A stretch of 54,514 nt of DNA from a virus (Duplodnaviria; Caudoviricetes): positions 1 through 54,514 of IMG/VR virus record IMGVR_UViG_3300025099_000028; one strand, given 5' to 3'. The notes below the pieces were generated by a model. The model worked only from the letters and a program-made list of their open reading frames with translations. It was not told where the DNA came from and did not search any database. Position 1 is the first letter of the stretch, and each line of letters opens with the position of its first letter. Position numbers and translations under genes: made by a program. This document shows, in pieces, positions 38,059 to 47,536 of this stretch.

Positions 38059-41000
38059 TGGCAACTGCATGTCAAATAGGTGAAGAAATGGGTGATAAGC
38101 TTAGTGCAAATAAGGCTAGGCTAGAGCAGACTTATATTAAAACCTTTGGTATACCATTCCTCAATAAGAATGCATTAGGCTTAAGCTTAAAGAGATTAGC
38201 CGCTAAACGCAAGATCCTTAAAAAAGAAATTGGATTCATTAATAAGCAAATGTCTGAGAAAAAAGCTGTAGCTGATGAAAAGTATGGTAGAATGCTTATT
38301 GAATTGCAAGAAGTAGAAGATAAAATTAAGCAATACAGACGTGATTTCATATTTAACGATAAAAAGAATGCTTCTTTAAGAAAGATTCATGATCTTATAC
38401 TTGGAAGATTATCAAAGTATCAGCATGACACTCTATACTCATTAGATCCAGAAACTCAGTTCCCAGTTATATTTGAATACATACAGGGGCAATATACATT
38501 ACCATTTACTAGCTTAAGAGATCTGCCTGCACAAGATTTAGCATCTATTGCTAACAAAATAGAGGCTGTATTCAAAACTGCTGATAAAAAAGCAGCTCAA
38601 AAGAATAGAGGTGAGCTTACTGCGTTTGAGAATACCGTTATGGATCCTGCGCTTGCTATGATGGAGTCTGATGTATCTACGTTAGGATTTCAAATTATTA
38701 ATAAATCTCGTAAGATTATAGATGATGCTAATTCACAAGCAGCTCCATTAAAGAGGAGATTAACTAATGCATTATCTGAGATTGATATGCATGCTAAAAG
38801 CCGTATAGAATTAAATGATTCAGAGAAAGATGCTCTCAAGGTAGAATTAGTAGCTCAAGTGCATAGAATCCTTGATGGAGAAGAAAGACATTTCAAGCCT
38901 ATGCCTGTTATCCAATGGGATAAAAAGGGTAGGGCTAGGTATACCTTTAAAAGCAAGGAAGTTAAGAACTTATACAATAAAATTTTAAGAGACAATATAG
39001 ATAATGATTGGAACGAAGGTGGAGCCATACAGAAGATAGAAATAGATGGCAGGATATCATATTTTATTCCTATTAGGGAGCCTGGAACAGAGGTATTTAA
39101 TGCATATGAGGTTCCATATCAAGTAGGGGCTAATGGCAGGCATAGCCTTTTATACCCCATGACTAGACGTAACCAACAGCAATGGATGGATTTCTTTGCT
39201 AGCGAAGGATTAGCCTCGCATATTGATATATATGGTAATAGAAATGCTGGTATGATGAAGGAGGGTAGATATAGAGCTACTGAAAATGCTCCACGTCAAG
39301 GTCAAAATAAAAAGGGTAAAGAGATTACTGTCCGCTCATATAGTAAGTATGAAATGATTGATGACCAAGCTGCTCCAATCAGTCAAGTAGAGAACTTAGT
39401 AACAGAAGCTCGGGCTGTTTTCAAGGAAATTAGGGAAGTAACAAATCAGAGGGTCCTTGATCAAAAAGGTTTAATGACAGAGGCTGTTCGTACTATGGCA
39501 AATCACCATGGAGTAACTGTGAAGAAGTTTATGGCCAGTGATGAGTTAAATGCAGAATTTATGAAGGTTACTGGCTTAGATAGCTTGAATCTTAATTTCT
39601 CATTATATAATGGCAGAGCTATTAGTATGAATCAATTCTTTAATGAGATGCATGATTATGTTCCCTATAGATATTCAGCTACTGATATGCTTATTGGTGC
39701 TGTAAGAGCTCGTGATGAGATTGCTACAAAGATTGCTAATAAAACCTCTAAACTTAAAGCATTAAATGAAACTGCTGGAGTTGAACGTGGTGTTGATAAA
39801 ATTGCAATAAGGAAAGAGATAAAAGAATTATCAGAGCAGATGAAGATACAAGATGATAATGTTAATGTTATATCTGGTGTAAAACAAAAGCATCAAGTGG
39901 ATAGTGGCAAGATTAATGAGACCACTAAGATGAATGCAGTTAAGCATAGAGGCACAATGATGGAACCTATGCCTTTATATAGAAATGAGCATGGCTTACC
40001 TACTTTTGAGAAGATTGATGCATATGGGCGTGAAAGAGAAATGATATCTCATGGTCGTCGTACTGACTTTGGTGTATTTACTGAGTATATTGATGATGCA
40101 TTCAGACAGATAGAACAAAATGATCTTAAGATTGATCTATTGCATGGGACTTTACAAATGAGTAAAGCTACAAACGACTTTGTTATTGATCATGTAAAAG
40201 CATCCATGGGGAGGCTTGACGTTAAAGCTGGGTTCTTTAATTTAGATTACAGTGATTCTAAATGGGCAAAGATGTTGACTGGTGTTACTAAAAAATTCTG
40301 GGGAAATGAAGACTTTGAGGTAACTGAAGAAATGGTATATAGAAGTGCTAAGTTCCATAGCATGGTTATCTCAGGTTCACTATTGGGATATACATCAGCA
40401 TTAAATAACTACTTTCAACGTCTAAGTGCATGGATAGAAGGCACTGCTAATGGATACTCAGAAGCTAAGAAGTTTATTGATGATTATCCAGTGCTGGCAG
40501 AACAAATCGCTGATGCTGCGGGTGTAACTGACACATTAAACGCTATGGCTGATGCTCTTATGGGTGCATCTGATGGAGCATATACTAAAGGTAGCGGAAT
40601 GCTTGCATTAGGTAGTTATGCTATATTAAAGTTAGATAAGCAGAAGTTCCTAGAAAGTGCATTAGATAATCAATGGTGGCGCAATAGAGTTAATGGTATG
40701 ATTGCCCGTAAAGACCCCAGTAAAAAAATTGATCTAACAACAATGAGGCAGGCATTAAGCGCTATACATGATGCAACTCATGGGGCTCAAGCTTTTATGG
40801 CTAAGAATGAGTTATCTAAGTTAAGCCCAAAACAACTTAAGTCTTTTACTAAAAAGCTAGAAACTATTATGGAAGTAGAAGAGATTAATAAGTATGTGGG
40901 TTGGAAATTGAATGGTGGTTTTTTGGCTGAAACTAAAGCTGGTACTAAATTGCTTGGATTTCAGCCTAGTGAATTAGAGATGCGTAAGCAAATTGCAGTT

Positions 41001-41771
41001 CAAGGAGTACTTGAAGCTGAAAAAGCTGGCATGATTCCTTCCACATGGAGAGAAACATTTGCCGATAATACATTTAAAAGATTAACACATCCTAATGCTA
41101 TTGCATATTCAAGATTATTAGTATATAATACATTATTCGGATTATCTCCTGCATATTTACCTAAAATGTTTAGAGGTGCTTGGGGTACATTCTTATGGAA
41201 ATTCAAGCCATATCAATGGCATCAAGCTAGAAATGAAATGCGTACTATGGAAAACTGGTGGAGAGGAGTTCCTGAAGGCCAAAAAACCAAGGAATTAGTT
41301 AGAATAATAGGCCTTTCTGTTAAGGAATCCCCTTATCTGCCAGGGAAACCAGATTCAAGCTTATCTAATACAGAGCGTAAAATGGCTAGGTTTATAATAT
41401 CTCGCGGATTAATTTCATTACTTACCACAGGGCTTGTGCATACTCCAATGTTTAATTGGGCAATTAATGCCATGAAATATAAAGTATTTAATCGTCAGGT
41501 ATCAGGAGCTGTTCAACGTGGTGGTGAATCAGTACTAGTAAGTGGAATGTTGCAACTATTATTAACAGGAGTTGCTATAACAGGAATGGGATTTGGTGAT
41601 GATGATGAGAGAGGTGATATTTATCAAGGGGCTTATAGATATTTCTTGCCTATCTTTGCGAATGTGCTTATAGACACCTTTACCGGTGAAGATCCAACTA
41701 AAGCTTTACAGATCTATAGTAAAGGTGCCCATACAGCGGTTAACCTTGTATCTGATATAGTATCAGATTAG
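38058..41771 (+). CDS. large ejection/cargo protein with C-terminal hydrophobic region
   Basis: start ATG 38058 overlaps the previous stop, GGGAG SD; TLFG..P...RG..G....KFK.Y segment and TM-like helices. Confidence 0.75.
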   Translation: MATACQIGEEMGDKLSANKARLEQTYIKTFGIPFLNKNALGLSLKRLAAKRKILKKEIGFINKQMSEKKAVADEKYGRMLIELQEVEDKIKQYRRDFIFNDKKNASLRKIHDLILGRLSKYQHDTLYSLDPETQFPVIFEYIQGQYTLPFTSLRDLPAQDLASIANKIEAVFKTADKKAAQKNRGELTAFENTVMDPALAMMESDVSTLGFQIINKSRKIIDDANSQAAPLKRRLTNALSEIDMHAKSRIELNDSEKDALKVELVAQVHRILDGEERHFKPMPVIQWDKKGRARYTFKSKEVKNLYNKILRDNIDNDWNEGGAIQKIEIDGRISYFIPIREPGTEVFNAYEVPYQVGANGRHSLLYPMTRRNQQQWMDFFASEGLASHIDIYGNRNAGMMKEGRYRATENAPRQGQNKKGKEITVRSYSKYEMIDDQAAPISQVENLVTEARAVFKEIREVTNQRVLDQKGLMTEAVRTMANHHGVTVKKFMASDELNAEFMKVTGLDSLNLNFSLYNGRAISMNQFFNEMHDYVPYRYSATDMLIGAVRARDEIATKIANKTSKLKALNETAGVERGVDKIAIRKEIKELSEQMKIQDDNVNVISGVKQKHQVDSGKINETTKMNAVKHRGTMMEPMPLYRNEHGLPTFEKIDAYGREREMISHGRRTDFGVFTEYIDDAFRQIEQNDLKIDLLHGTLQMSKATNDFVIDHVKASMGRLDVKAGFFNLDYSDSKWAKMLTGVTKKFWGNEDFEVTEEMVYRSAKFHSMVISGSLLGYTSALNNYFQRLSAWIEGTANGYSEAKKFIDDYPVLAEQIADAAGVTDTLNAMADALMGASDGAYTKGSGMLALGSYAILKLDKQKFLESALDNQWWRNRVNGMIARKDPSKKIDLTTMRQALSAIHDATHGAQAFMAKNELSKLSPKQLKSFTKKLETIMEVEEINKYVGWKLNGGFLAETKAGTKLLGFQPSELEMRKQIAVQGVLEAEKAGMIPSTWRETFADNTFKRLTHPNAIAYSRLLVYNTLFGLSPAYLPKMFRGAWGTFLWKFKPYQWHQARNEMRTMENWWRGVPEGQKTKELVRIIGLSVKESPYLPGKPDSSLSNTERKMARFIISRGLISLLTTGLVHTPMFNWAINAMKYKVFNRQVSGAVQRGGESVLVSGMLQLLLTGVAITGMGFGDDDERGDIYQGAYRYFLPIFANVLIDTFTGEDPTKALQIYSKGAHTAVNLVSDIVSD

Positions 41772-41939
41772 TTCTTTGGCAGCTTCTCTTTCTACCATAT
41801 AGGATAATTCTTTCATCCTAGTTTCTAATTGCCGAAACTTTTTATAGATATCAGCATTTGTATGAGAAGGGTGATCATCGTATTGAGCAGCATCAAATAC
41901 AATATCCCTGCAGCGTTTGCATAAATCATTCTTTTTCAT
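41763..41939 (-). CDS. small hypothetical protein (CxxC)
   Basis: GGAG SD; MKKNDLCKRCRDIVFD...; converges on the end of the + strand block. Confidence 0.45.
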   Translation of the reverse strand: MKKNDLCKRCRDIVFDAAQYDDHPSHTNADIYKKFRQLETRMKELSYMVEREAAKELI

Positions 41940-42276
41940 CAATCAACTCCAAGAATTTATTATATTCAAATGCTACATATGTTTTAGTTCTATTACGCTT
42001 AAAGACTAGCACAGGAGTTCTATCTTCACAATTACTATCTGCTTGCTCCAATGACTTCCATAAATCTAATCTCTCTACGTTCTTACACTCAAAGCTATAA
42101 GGTATTAACTTCTTTGCTGCCGGAGACAATACTACATCTTCTCCTGTCATACCCATAGTTTGAGACTTTATGTCGTCATCCTCCAGGCGAGAGGAGTACA
42201 TTTCACGTAAACTATCTCTTACATGATTCTGCAATCTCCTCCCCTTAGCCTTTGAGGACTTTACGTTAACTCCCAT
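41926..42276 (-). CDS. Holliday junction resolvase (PD-(D/E)xK)
   Basis: SKAKGRRLQ...GED......SFECKNVE...QA.....PVLVFKRNR. Confidence 0.85.
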   Translation of the reverse strand: MGVNVKSSKAKGRRLQNHVRDSLREMYSSRLEDDDIKSQTMGMTGEDVVLSPAAKKLIPYSFECKNVERLDLWKSLEQADSNCEDRTPVLVFKRNRTKTYVAFEYNKFLELIDEKE

Positions 42277-42285
42277 AAGGAAAAT

Positions 42286-42498
42286 CTACCATTCTTCACC
42301 TGGGTCCATGGGCTCCCAAGCGCTTTCTCTTAATGCTCTTGCATCTTCAATAATATCATCAAGCACCATATGTGATGCTGGAAGATCTTCATAAGATAGA
42401 ATCTTTCTTACAAATGCTTCTAGATTCTTTATCTCTTCCTCTAATAGGTCTACTTTTGAAGCTTTCATAATTAGCTCTTCTTTTGTTGCCTTGTTCAT
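42286..42498 (-). CDS. hypothetical protein
   Basis: ORF with AAGGA SD. Confidence 0.55.
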   Translation of the reverse strand: MNKATKEELIMKASKVDLLEEEIKNLEAFVRKILSYEDLPASHMVLDDIIEDARALRESAWEPMDPGEEW

Positions 42499-42499
42499 A

Positions 42500-42694
42500 T
42501 TATTCCTTTATTGTGATTAGCCATGTATTAATATCCATGGCATCTTTTTCTACTAATAGCTTATTAAAGTCCTTATGCGCAGTTGATCCCACAAGTGCAT
42601 ACGCTACAAGGCTCGCTATCTTCATTGTCATCGAGTGACTTATTTTCACTTTGTAATCTTTTGATTGCTTTTGCAATAATTTGATTCCTTTCAT
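42500..42694 (-). CDS. hypothetical protein
   Basis: ORF in the - strand operon; overlaps the upstream ORF. Confidence 0.45.
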   Translation of the reverse strand: MKGIKLLQKQSKDYKVKISHSMTMKIASLVAYALVGSTAHKDFNKLLVEKDAMDINTWLITIKE

Positions 42695-42887
42695 TAGATG
42701 TTAATAATATTTTGTTTAAACGCTCTTCTTTGATCTTTTGTTCCTGATTATTTACATCAAGGACGAACTCTAGGGCTTCTATCCACCCCTGGTTACAAGC
42801 CCAATCCATTTCATCCATTGGCTTTGTTCCATCTCGATCATCATATTCTTTTTGTAATACCTCCTCTATAGTCTCCTTATTCTTCAT
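42573..42887 (-). CDS. hypothetical protein
   Basis: likely start MKNKETIEEVL; NQGWIEALEFVL motif. Confidence 0.45.
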   Translation of the reverse strand: MKNKETIEEVLQKEYDDRDGTKPMDEMDWACNQGWIEALEFVLDVNNQEQKIKEERLNKILLTSNERNQIIAKAIKRLQSENKSLDDNEDSEPCSVCTCGINCA

Positions 42888-43104
42888 CGAAAAACCACTT
42901 TCTCTTTTTATTTTTATTGCCAATCTCTTTAATGGCACATTTTTTACATATTTTCTTTTCATAATCAGGCACAAGTGCGGCTATGGCAGGATGTGGCCTA
43001 CGAATATAGAAATTCACAGGCCTAATCCATGATGTCTTACAGCCGTCACATTTAAAGCTAGCCTTCTTCTGATCTGGATTTTGTAGTGTTGGCAAGTTCT
43101 TCAA
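42877..43104 (-). CDS. small Zn-finger protein
   Basis: CDGC...CKKC. Confidence 0.5.
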   Translation of the reverse strand: MKNLPTLQNPDQKKASFKCDGCKTSWIRPVNFYIRRPHPAIAALVPDYEKKICKKCAIKEIGNKNKKRKWFFDEE

Positions 43105-43258
43105 TAATTAACTCCAATTCATTAATTTGGCGGAATAAATCAAGCATTCTTTTTGTTGTCTCATCTCTGAATGCATTTATTCCATCTCTCCAATCAGCAT
43201 CTTCTGTGAGTTTATCCTTATATCTTTCTCCAATATTTCCCATATTCTCTCTACTCAT
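43058..43258 (-). CDS. hypothetical protein
   Basis: ORF coupled to the upstream gene. Confidence 0.5.
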   Translation of the reverse strand: MSRENMGNIGERYKDKLTEDADWRDGINAFRDETTKRMLDLFRQINELELIIEELANTTKSRSEEG

Positions 43259-43674
43259 ACTGTTTCATCTCCTAATGATTGATACGTTACCTCTCCAGTA
43301 TCTTGGTTAAATTTATTGCTATTGACAAATCCGCTGTCAGCCAAGAACTCTTCCGTGCCCCATTCAACATTGGCTTCAGCTTCAGCCATTGCCCATAACA
43401 GGGTAAGGTATACAATGGCATCTTTAATTCTGCCTCGTACATCTTCTCTTTGAGATGTGTGCCCATTTACATGAGCTATAATTCCATCCATATGCTTTAT
43501 TAAGAATGTCATTAACACCTTATCTCTCGTTGTACCTAATTGCTTTGCTGTTCTTTCAAAGTTTGCAAATACATTAATTACATCATGAGCATACTCCTTT
43601 TGTCCTTCATCTCTTGTTTGTTTGATATCATTAATGATTTCTGTGAAGAACTCATCAAATTGATCTTTTGTCAT
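43255..43674 (-). CDS. DUF1599/nucleotide-modification-associated all-alpha (MazG-like) protein
   Basis: K.EY......ANF......KH......E....RI.D.IVY..LL. Confidence 0.7.
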   Translation of the reverse strand: MTKDQFDEFFTEIINDIKQTRDEGQKEYAHDVINVFANFERTAKQLGTTRDKVLMTFLIKHMDGIIAHVNGHTSQREDVRGRIKDAIVYLTLLWAMAEAEANVEWGTEEFLADSGFVNSNKFNQDTGEVTYQSLGDETV

Positions 43675-45461
43675 TAATACTCTCCAATCTCTACTATTTC
43701 ATTTTTAATTAACTTATTATTGATTACTTCTAACCTCATATCTACATGCTCACGTTCACGATTAGCCTCACATCTAATACGTAGTTCTTCAATTAACCCT
43801 GTAACTTTACTTTTTGAAGGGATAACTGATAATAATTTATTAGTATTATATGCGGTTCTAAATGAACCTTTAGCTGAAGCTACATTCATATTACCTTCAT
43901 GAAATGCACCTTTTGTTATTTCGCTAACTGTAAATACCACTATATTATGCTTAACAGCTACTTCCATTAGTGCCTGAGATGCTTCTTCAGTCTTCATATT
44001 TGGATCTCTATGTTTAGATTTAAATAAACCCATATGATCAACTACTACTATTTCTGGCTTAGAAGATAGCATTGATATACGTTTATCTAATTCGTTAGCA
44101 TAAGGACAAGAATAATCGACTGTAAGCCATCCAAACCTTTCATCCATGCCATTTTTACCTTTAGCATAATGCTGTCGTAATTGATCTTCGCTCCATCCCA
44201 TTTCTATTTGAACAAACCTAGACCATATTTGTCTTGGAGACATTTCCATCTCTATAAAGTATGTAGGTCTTTTAAATCCATTCATTAGATTCTGTAAGAA
44301 CATAGTCTTCATGCTCTTTGGAGGTGCTTGAACAACTACTACTTCACCTGGATATATGGGAAAGTTCTCACCAGTCCATATGTCTCCAAAGTCAAGAGGC
44401 TTTTGATTGCTTGTTAAGAAATTAATTAGTGATGTTTCCATGGTATTGGAATCCATAACTGTCTGGTTTTTCTTAGACTTATAGAGTTTGCATGTATTTT
44501 TACAATGGTTATCCATTATCTTATCACCACATCCATATCTATTCCCAGATCCTCCATGAGCATCATATGAGCTATTTACTATGCTTTCCATTTCTTTCAT
44601 TGTAAATGGACTGCTAGGATCGTCTACTTGTTGTCTCCATCGCTCCATAACCGTACAAACAATAGACTCAGGATAAAGCCAACGAAACCAAGCAGAGAGC
44701 CGTAAAGCAGTTGCATGTCGTTCTCCGTGGGCATTAGATGCAAGCATACTAGATATACAAGGGTAATTAACTGGATCAGGATTCCTACCTTGATTGATAA
44801 ATTCTGGCGTACTTTGTTCTTCATATTTATTCCTTTTCATTACATCGAATACGGGATCGCATTCTAATTCAAATTCAGATACTGGCCCTGGTTTTTTACC
44901 TATGCTTTGCATATGAGCAGTTATATCTTTTGTATCTAAATCTTTACGACTTATTTCTCTTTTCCATAATTGAGCTTTAAGATTCATGGTATTAACTACA
45001 CGTATTAATCTAATCTTATCTGTAACCGATGGATCTGCATAGTCAAATATTCCAGCATTAGTTAAAGCATCTTTTACTTTTAAATGTAATAAAGGATCTG
45101 GTTTCCACCTAAAAGCTGTGGCAGGGATCCCTACATGGAAGCCTTTATTACCGCTAAAATAAAGCTTATAAGGTATAGATAGATCGTCCAACAGTAACAA
45201 TAATCCTATTGTTTTCTGTCTAGCATTTTCTAAATCATTTTTATCTTTACCATCTACATCTAATATAAATTCATCAGGTATATAAACTAGTCCATCAAAT
45301 CCAGATAATGTATGCTTCTTAGCAAAAAAGTCTTTAATTTCATCGTCAAATTCATATAAAGACATATAAGTATCTTTATCTATGTTCATCCAGTCACATA
45401 TACTGGAACTGTCTTGAAAATAATGTCTTTGAGTTAATCCAAAGGCAAATTCTTTTATCAT
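43674..45461 (-). CDS. AEP primase (primpol) fused to a DnaB/RecA-like helicase domain
   Basis: ILDVD, FSGNKGFH, R.IR...T.N; Cys-containing linker; P-loop APPKSMKT, FIEMEM, Walker B VVVDH. Confidence 0.85.
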   Translation of the reverse strand: MIKEFAFGLTQRHYFQDSSSICDWMNIDKDTYMSLYEFDDEIKDFFAKKHTLSGFDGLVYIPDEFILDVDGKDKNDLENARQKTIGLLLLLDDLSIPYKLYFSGNKGFHVGIPATAFRWKPDPLLHLKVKDALTNAGIFDYADPSVTDKIRLIRVVNTMNLKAQLWKREISRKDLDTKDITAHMQSIGKKPGPVSEFELECDPVFDVMKRNKYEEQSTPEFINQGRNPDPVNYPCISSMLASNAHGERHATALRLSAWFRWLYPESIVCTVMERWRQQVDDPSSPFTMKEMESIVNSSYDAHGGSGNRYGCGDKIMDNHCKNTCKLYKSKKNQTVMDSNTMETSLINFLTSNQKPLDFGDIWTGENFPIYPGEVVVVQAPPKSMKTMFLQNLMNGFKRPTYFIEMEMSPRQIWSRFVQIEMGWSEDQLRQHYAKGKNGMDERFGWLTVDYSCPYANELDKRISMLSSKPEIVVVDHMGLFKSKHRDPNMKTEEASQALMEVAVKHNIVVFTVSEITKGAFHEGNMNVASAKGSFRTAYNTNKLLSVIPSKSKVTGLIEELRIRCEANREREHVDMRLEVINNKLIKNEIVEIGEY

Positions 45462-45573
45462 TTGTTACTCCTTATTAAAATATAAAAGCCTACTTAGAAC
45501 CTTGGCATGTGCTCGCAAACTGATAAGTCATATAACACGGATTCATTTAGCAGGCTTTTATATATTTATCTAT

Positions 45574-46107
45574 TTAGAAAGGAATGTCATCAGTCACAGT
45601 ATCTGCTGTAGCAGCCGGCTCATGAGGTTCATCTTTCAATTTAGGTTCTACCCATTTAGCAAAGAATGCTTCTGCTTTACCTTTAAAGTAAGTAACATCT
45701 TTCTCAGTAAACTCTTCCACTATATTCTTAAATGGAACTGGAGCTACATTTTGTAAGATTTTATTAAACTTACCATCTTTATAAAACATAACATTAATAG
45801 TTTTACCTGCTAATGCTTCTTCACTATCATCTATCTTAAGAACAGTTTCACCTTCTGCACTTTCTAATGCATCTGTAATACCAGCATTAGCAAAACGATA
45901 TAGATTGCCTATTGCAAATTCTTCACCATCTTTACCAACTTTAGCATATATACGCATATTAAAGTTTTCTGGATATCCATCAAACCATACGTCAATGAAC
46001 TTAGTTCCTGTCCATTCACCATAAGTGGCTTTAGATATTGTTAGTGTGTGCCAACCTTCTGACCAGTTGCCTGATCCTTTTTTTGGTAATGTAAACGTTC
46101 TTGCCAT
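45574..46107 (-). CDS. single-stranded DNA-binding-like protein
   Basis: EGWH...I N-terminus, acidic DDIPF tail, adjacent to ERF. Confidence 0.65.
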   Translation of the reverse strand: MARTFTLPKKGSGNWSEGWHTLTISKATYGEWTGTKFIDVWFDGYPENFNMRIYAKVGKDGEEFAIGNLYRFANAGITDALESAEGETVLKIDDSEEALAGKTINVMFYKDGKFNKILQNVAPVPFKNIVEEFTEKDVTYFKGKAEAFFAKWVEPKLKDEPHEPAATADTVTDDIPF

Positions 46108-46111
46108 TTAA

Positions 46112-46621
46112 TTAACCTTTCTTATTTACTTGATCACTCGGACGTGGAGCACGCTTAATACCTGCATTCCCATCGTCGTCTGCTTGTGCTATACCTACCA
46201 TTGAACTCAGTAAGTATCGTCTTCCATATGTAGTAGCTGCACCTATACCATGAGCATCTTTCTTTGCTATTGGCATACGTATTTCACTTTTAATCCATTC
46301 ACCTGAACTATGCATTAGTGTTGAGGTAATATAAAACCCATTATCACTAGGATCCCATCGATTACCTTGTACTAATGCAATACCATATTTATTTAATGCA
46401 GGCATTGCAGTCTCTAGCACTGATGCTAAGGATGCATACTTACTATTAAAGAATGGATTAGTGCTTTTAGCTTCTACCATTGTCATCTCACCTTGGGCTT
46501 TAGCTAATGCTCCAGCTATTGCTCCAATAGTTTTAGATGTATTTTCTTCGACCATCATATAATCAAATGGTCCTTCACTGGGGTCGATGTAATCTTCCAC
46601 AGTTGTGGTTCCTTCTTCCAT
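46112..46621 (-). CDS. erf: ERF-family single-strand annealing protein
   Basis: AL.KAQ....NPFF.SKYA.L; L.H.SGEWI; G.A.TYGRRY.L....GI...DDDG. Confidence 0.92.
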   Translation of the reverse strand: MEEGTTTVEDYIDPSEGPFDYMMVEENTSKTIGAIAGALAKAQGEMTMVEAKSTNPFFNSKYASLASVLETAMPALNKYGIALVQGNRWDPSDNGFYITSTLMHSSGEWIKSEIRMPIAKKDAHGIGAATTYGRRYLLSSMVGIAQADDDGNAGIKRAPRPSDQVNKKG

Positions 46622-46727
46622 ATTATTCCTTTTGGTTTAGAGTTGAGAAGGGGGCAAATTCATAAGAATCTACCCCCAGGGTTTACACACGAATAAGGAG
46701 TATCAGTGTTGTAATTATGACTATAAT

Positions 46728-47387
46728 TTACACTACCATCGCTGACTTTTCCAATAACATATTGGGGAAGTTAAACGAAAATTCCTTATTATAAGGCTGT
46801 CCTGTTGCTAGTTTACGTACTGCATTTGCTATAAAACTACCACTCATAAATGCGCAGTATGCCGTTGCTTTTGCAGCACAAGGTTCAGGAGATCCTTCAT
46901 TATCTGAGTACCATGTCTTCTTGTATTTACTTACAGTAGGTTTATCAAAAATATACTGTTGATAGTGCTCTGCCCCCATCCTGCCGTCTATTAAATGTAT
47001 TGGCTTAATAGTTGGGTTAGAGCATAAAGCCTCTACTGCTTGTAATCTTGCTTCCATAGAATCAAAGCCTAATATTGCAATATCTGATTCACCTTGAGGA
47101 TAAAACTCTGTAAATCTTTCGTTATACATGTTAACATGATTAACACCTATAGATTCTAAATGCCCTTTTAATGCATCTACTTTAGACTTATCTATATCTT
47201 CAAGTATATATTGAGATACTCCAATATTTACATCTTCTACTTTATCCATATCATATAGACAAAATTTATTAGCTCCCATTCTCGCTAATTGCATGGCAGT
47301 GGAGCTACCTATAGCCCCACAACCAAGAATGTGAAAATGAAAATCCTCTAAATTGTTTACCAATCCACTTGATCTTTCATTAATCAT
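46728..47387 (-). CDS. ThiF/MoeB/E1-like ubiquitin-activating enzyme
   Basis: ILGCGAIGS, D.DKVE..N, KV.AL, FDSM.AR, IDGR; candidate catalytic Cys in EPCAAK (46878-46880); no CxxC Zn pairs. Confidence 0.9.
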   Translation of the reverse strand: MINERSSGLVNNLEDFHFHILGCGAIGSSTAMQLARMGANKFCLYDMDKVEDVNIGVSQYILEDIDKSKVDALKGHLESIGVNHVNMYNERFTEFYPQGESDIAILGFDSMEARLQAVEALCSNPTIKPIHLIDGRMGAEHYQQYIFDKPTVSKYKKTWYSDNEGSPEPCAAKATAYCAFMSGSFIANAVRKLATGQPYNKEFSFNFPNMLLEKSAMVV

Positions 47388-47536
47388 TAGTCTCCTTTCA
47401 TAGTATGATTTTCTTTAACCCATAATGATATATTTAGCAAAGAGTGAAATATATGATCTTCAGAAGGGTTTTCTTCATAATGTCTTTGCTCTTCATCTAA
47501 ATACATATCAACTATCTTTATTAAATCATTGATCAT
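47387..47536 (-). CDS. 49-aa hypothetical protein between JAB and E1
   Basis: TAATG-coupled on both sides; MINDLIKIVDMYLDEEQRHYEE... Confidence 0.55.
   Translation of the reverse strand: MINDLIKIVDMYLDEEQRHYEENPSEDHIFHSLLNISLWVKENHTMKGD

Noticed and set aside
3552-41206. Numerous antisense and alternate-frame ORFs in the track (e.g. 4052-4600, 22823-23275, 28164-28751, 32629-33048)
   Set aside because: They overlap well-supported genes, lack SD motifs and have shadow-ORF composition.
29738-41771. Genome-wide stop-codon reassignment (TAG or TGA) as in some crAss-like phages
   Set aside because: Genes are long and intact in code 11, and TAG/TGA stops are followed by SD+ATG or overlap the next start (e.g. 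32998, 2611).
46728-47387. ThiF as a thiamine/molybdopterin auxiliary metabolic gene
   Set aside because: No ThiG/MoaE-type partners, it lacks the Zn-binding CxxC pairs of canonical ThiF/MoeB, and the JAB/E2-like context favours conjugation. Not fully excluded.
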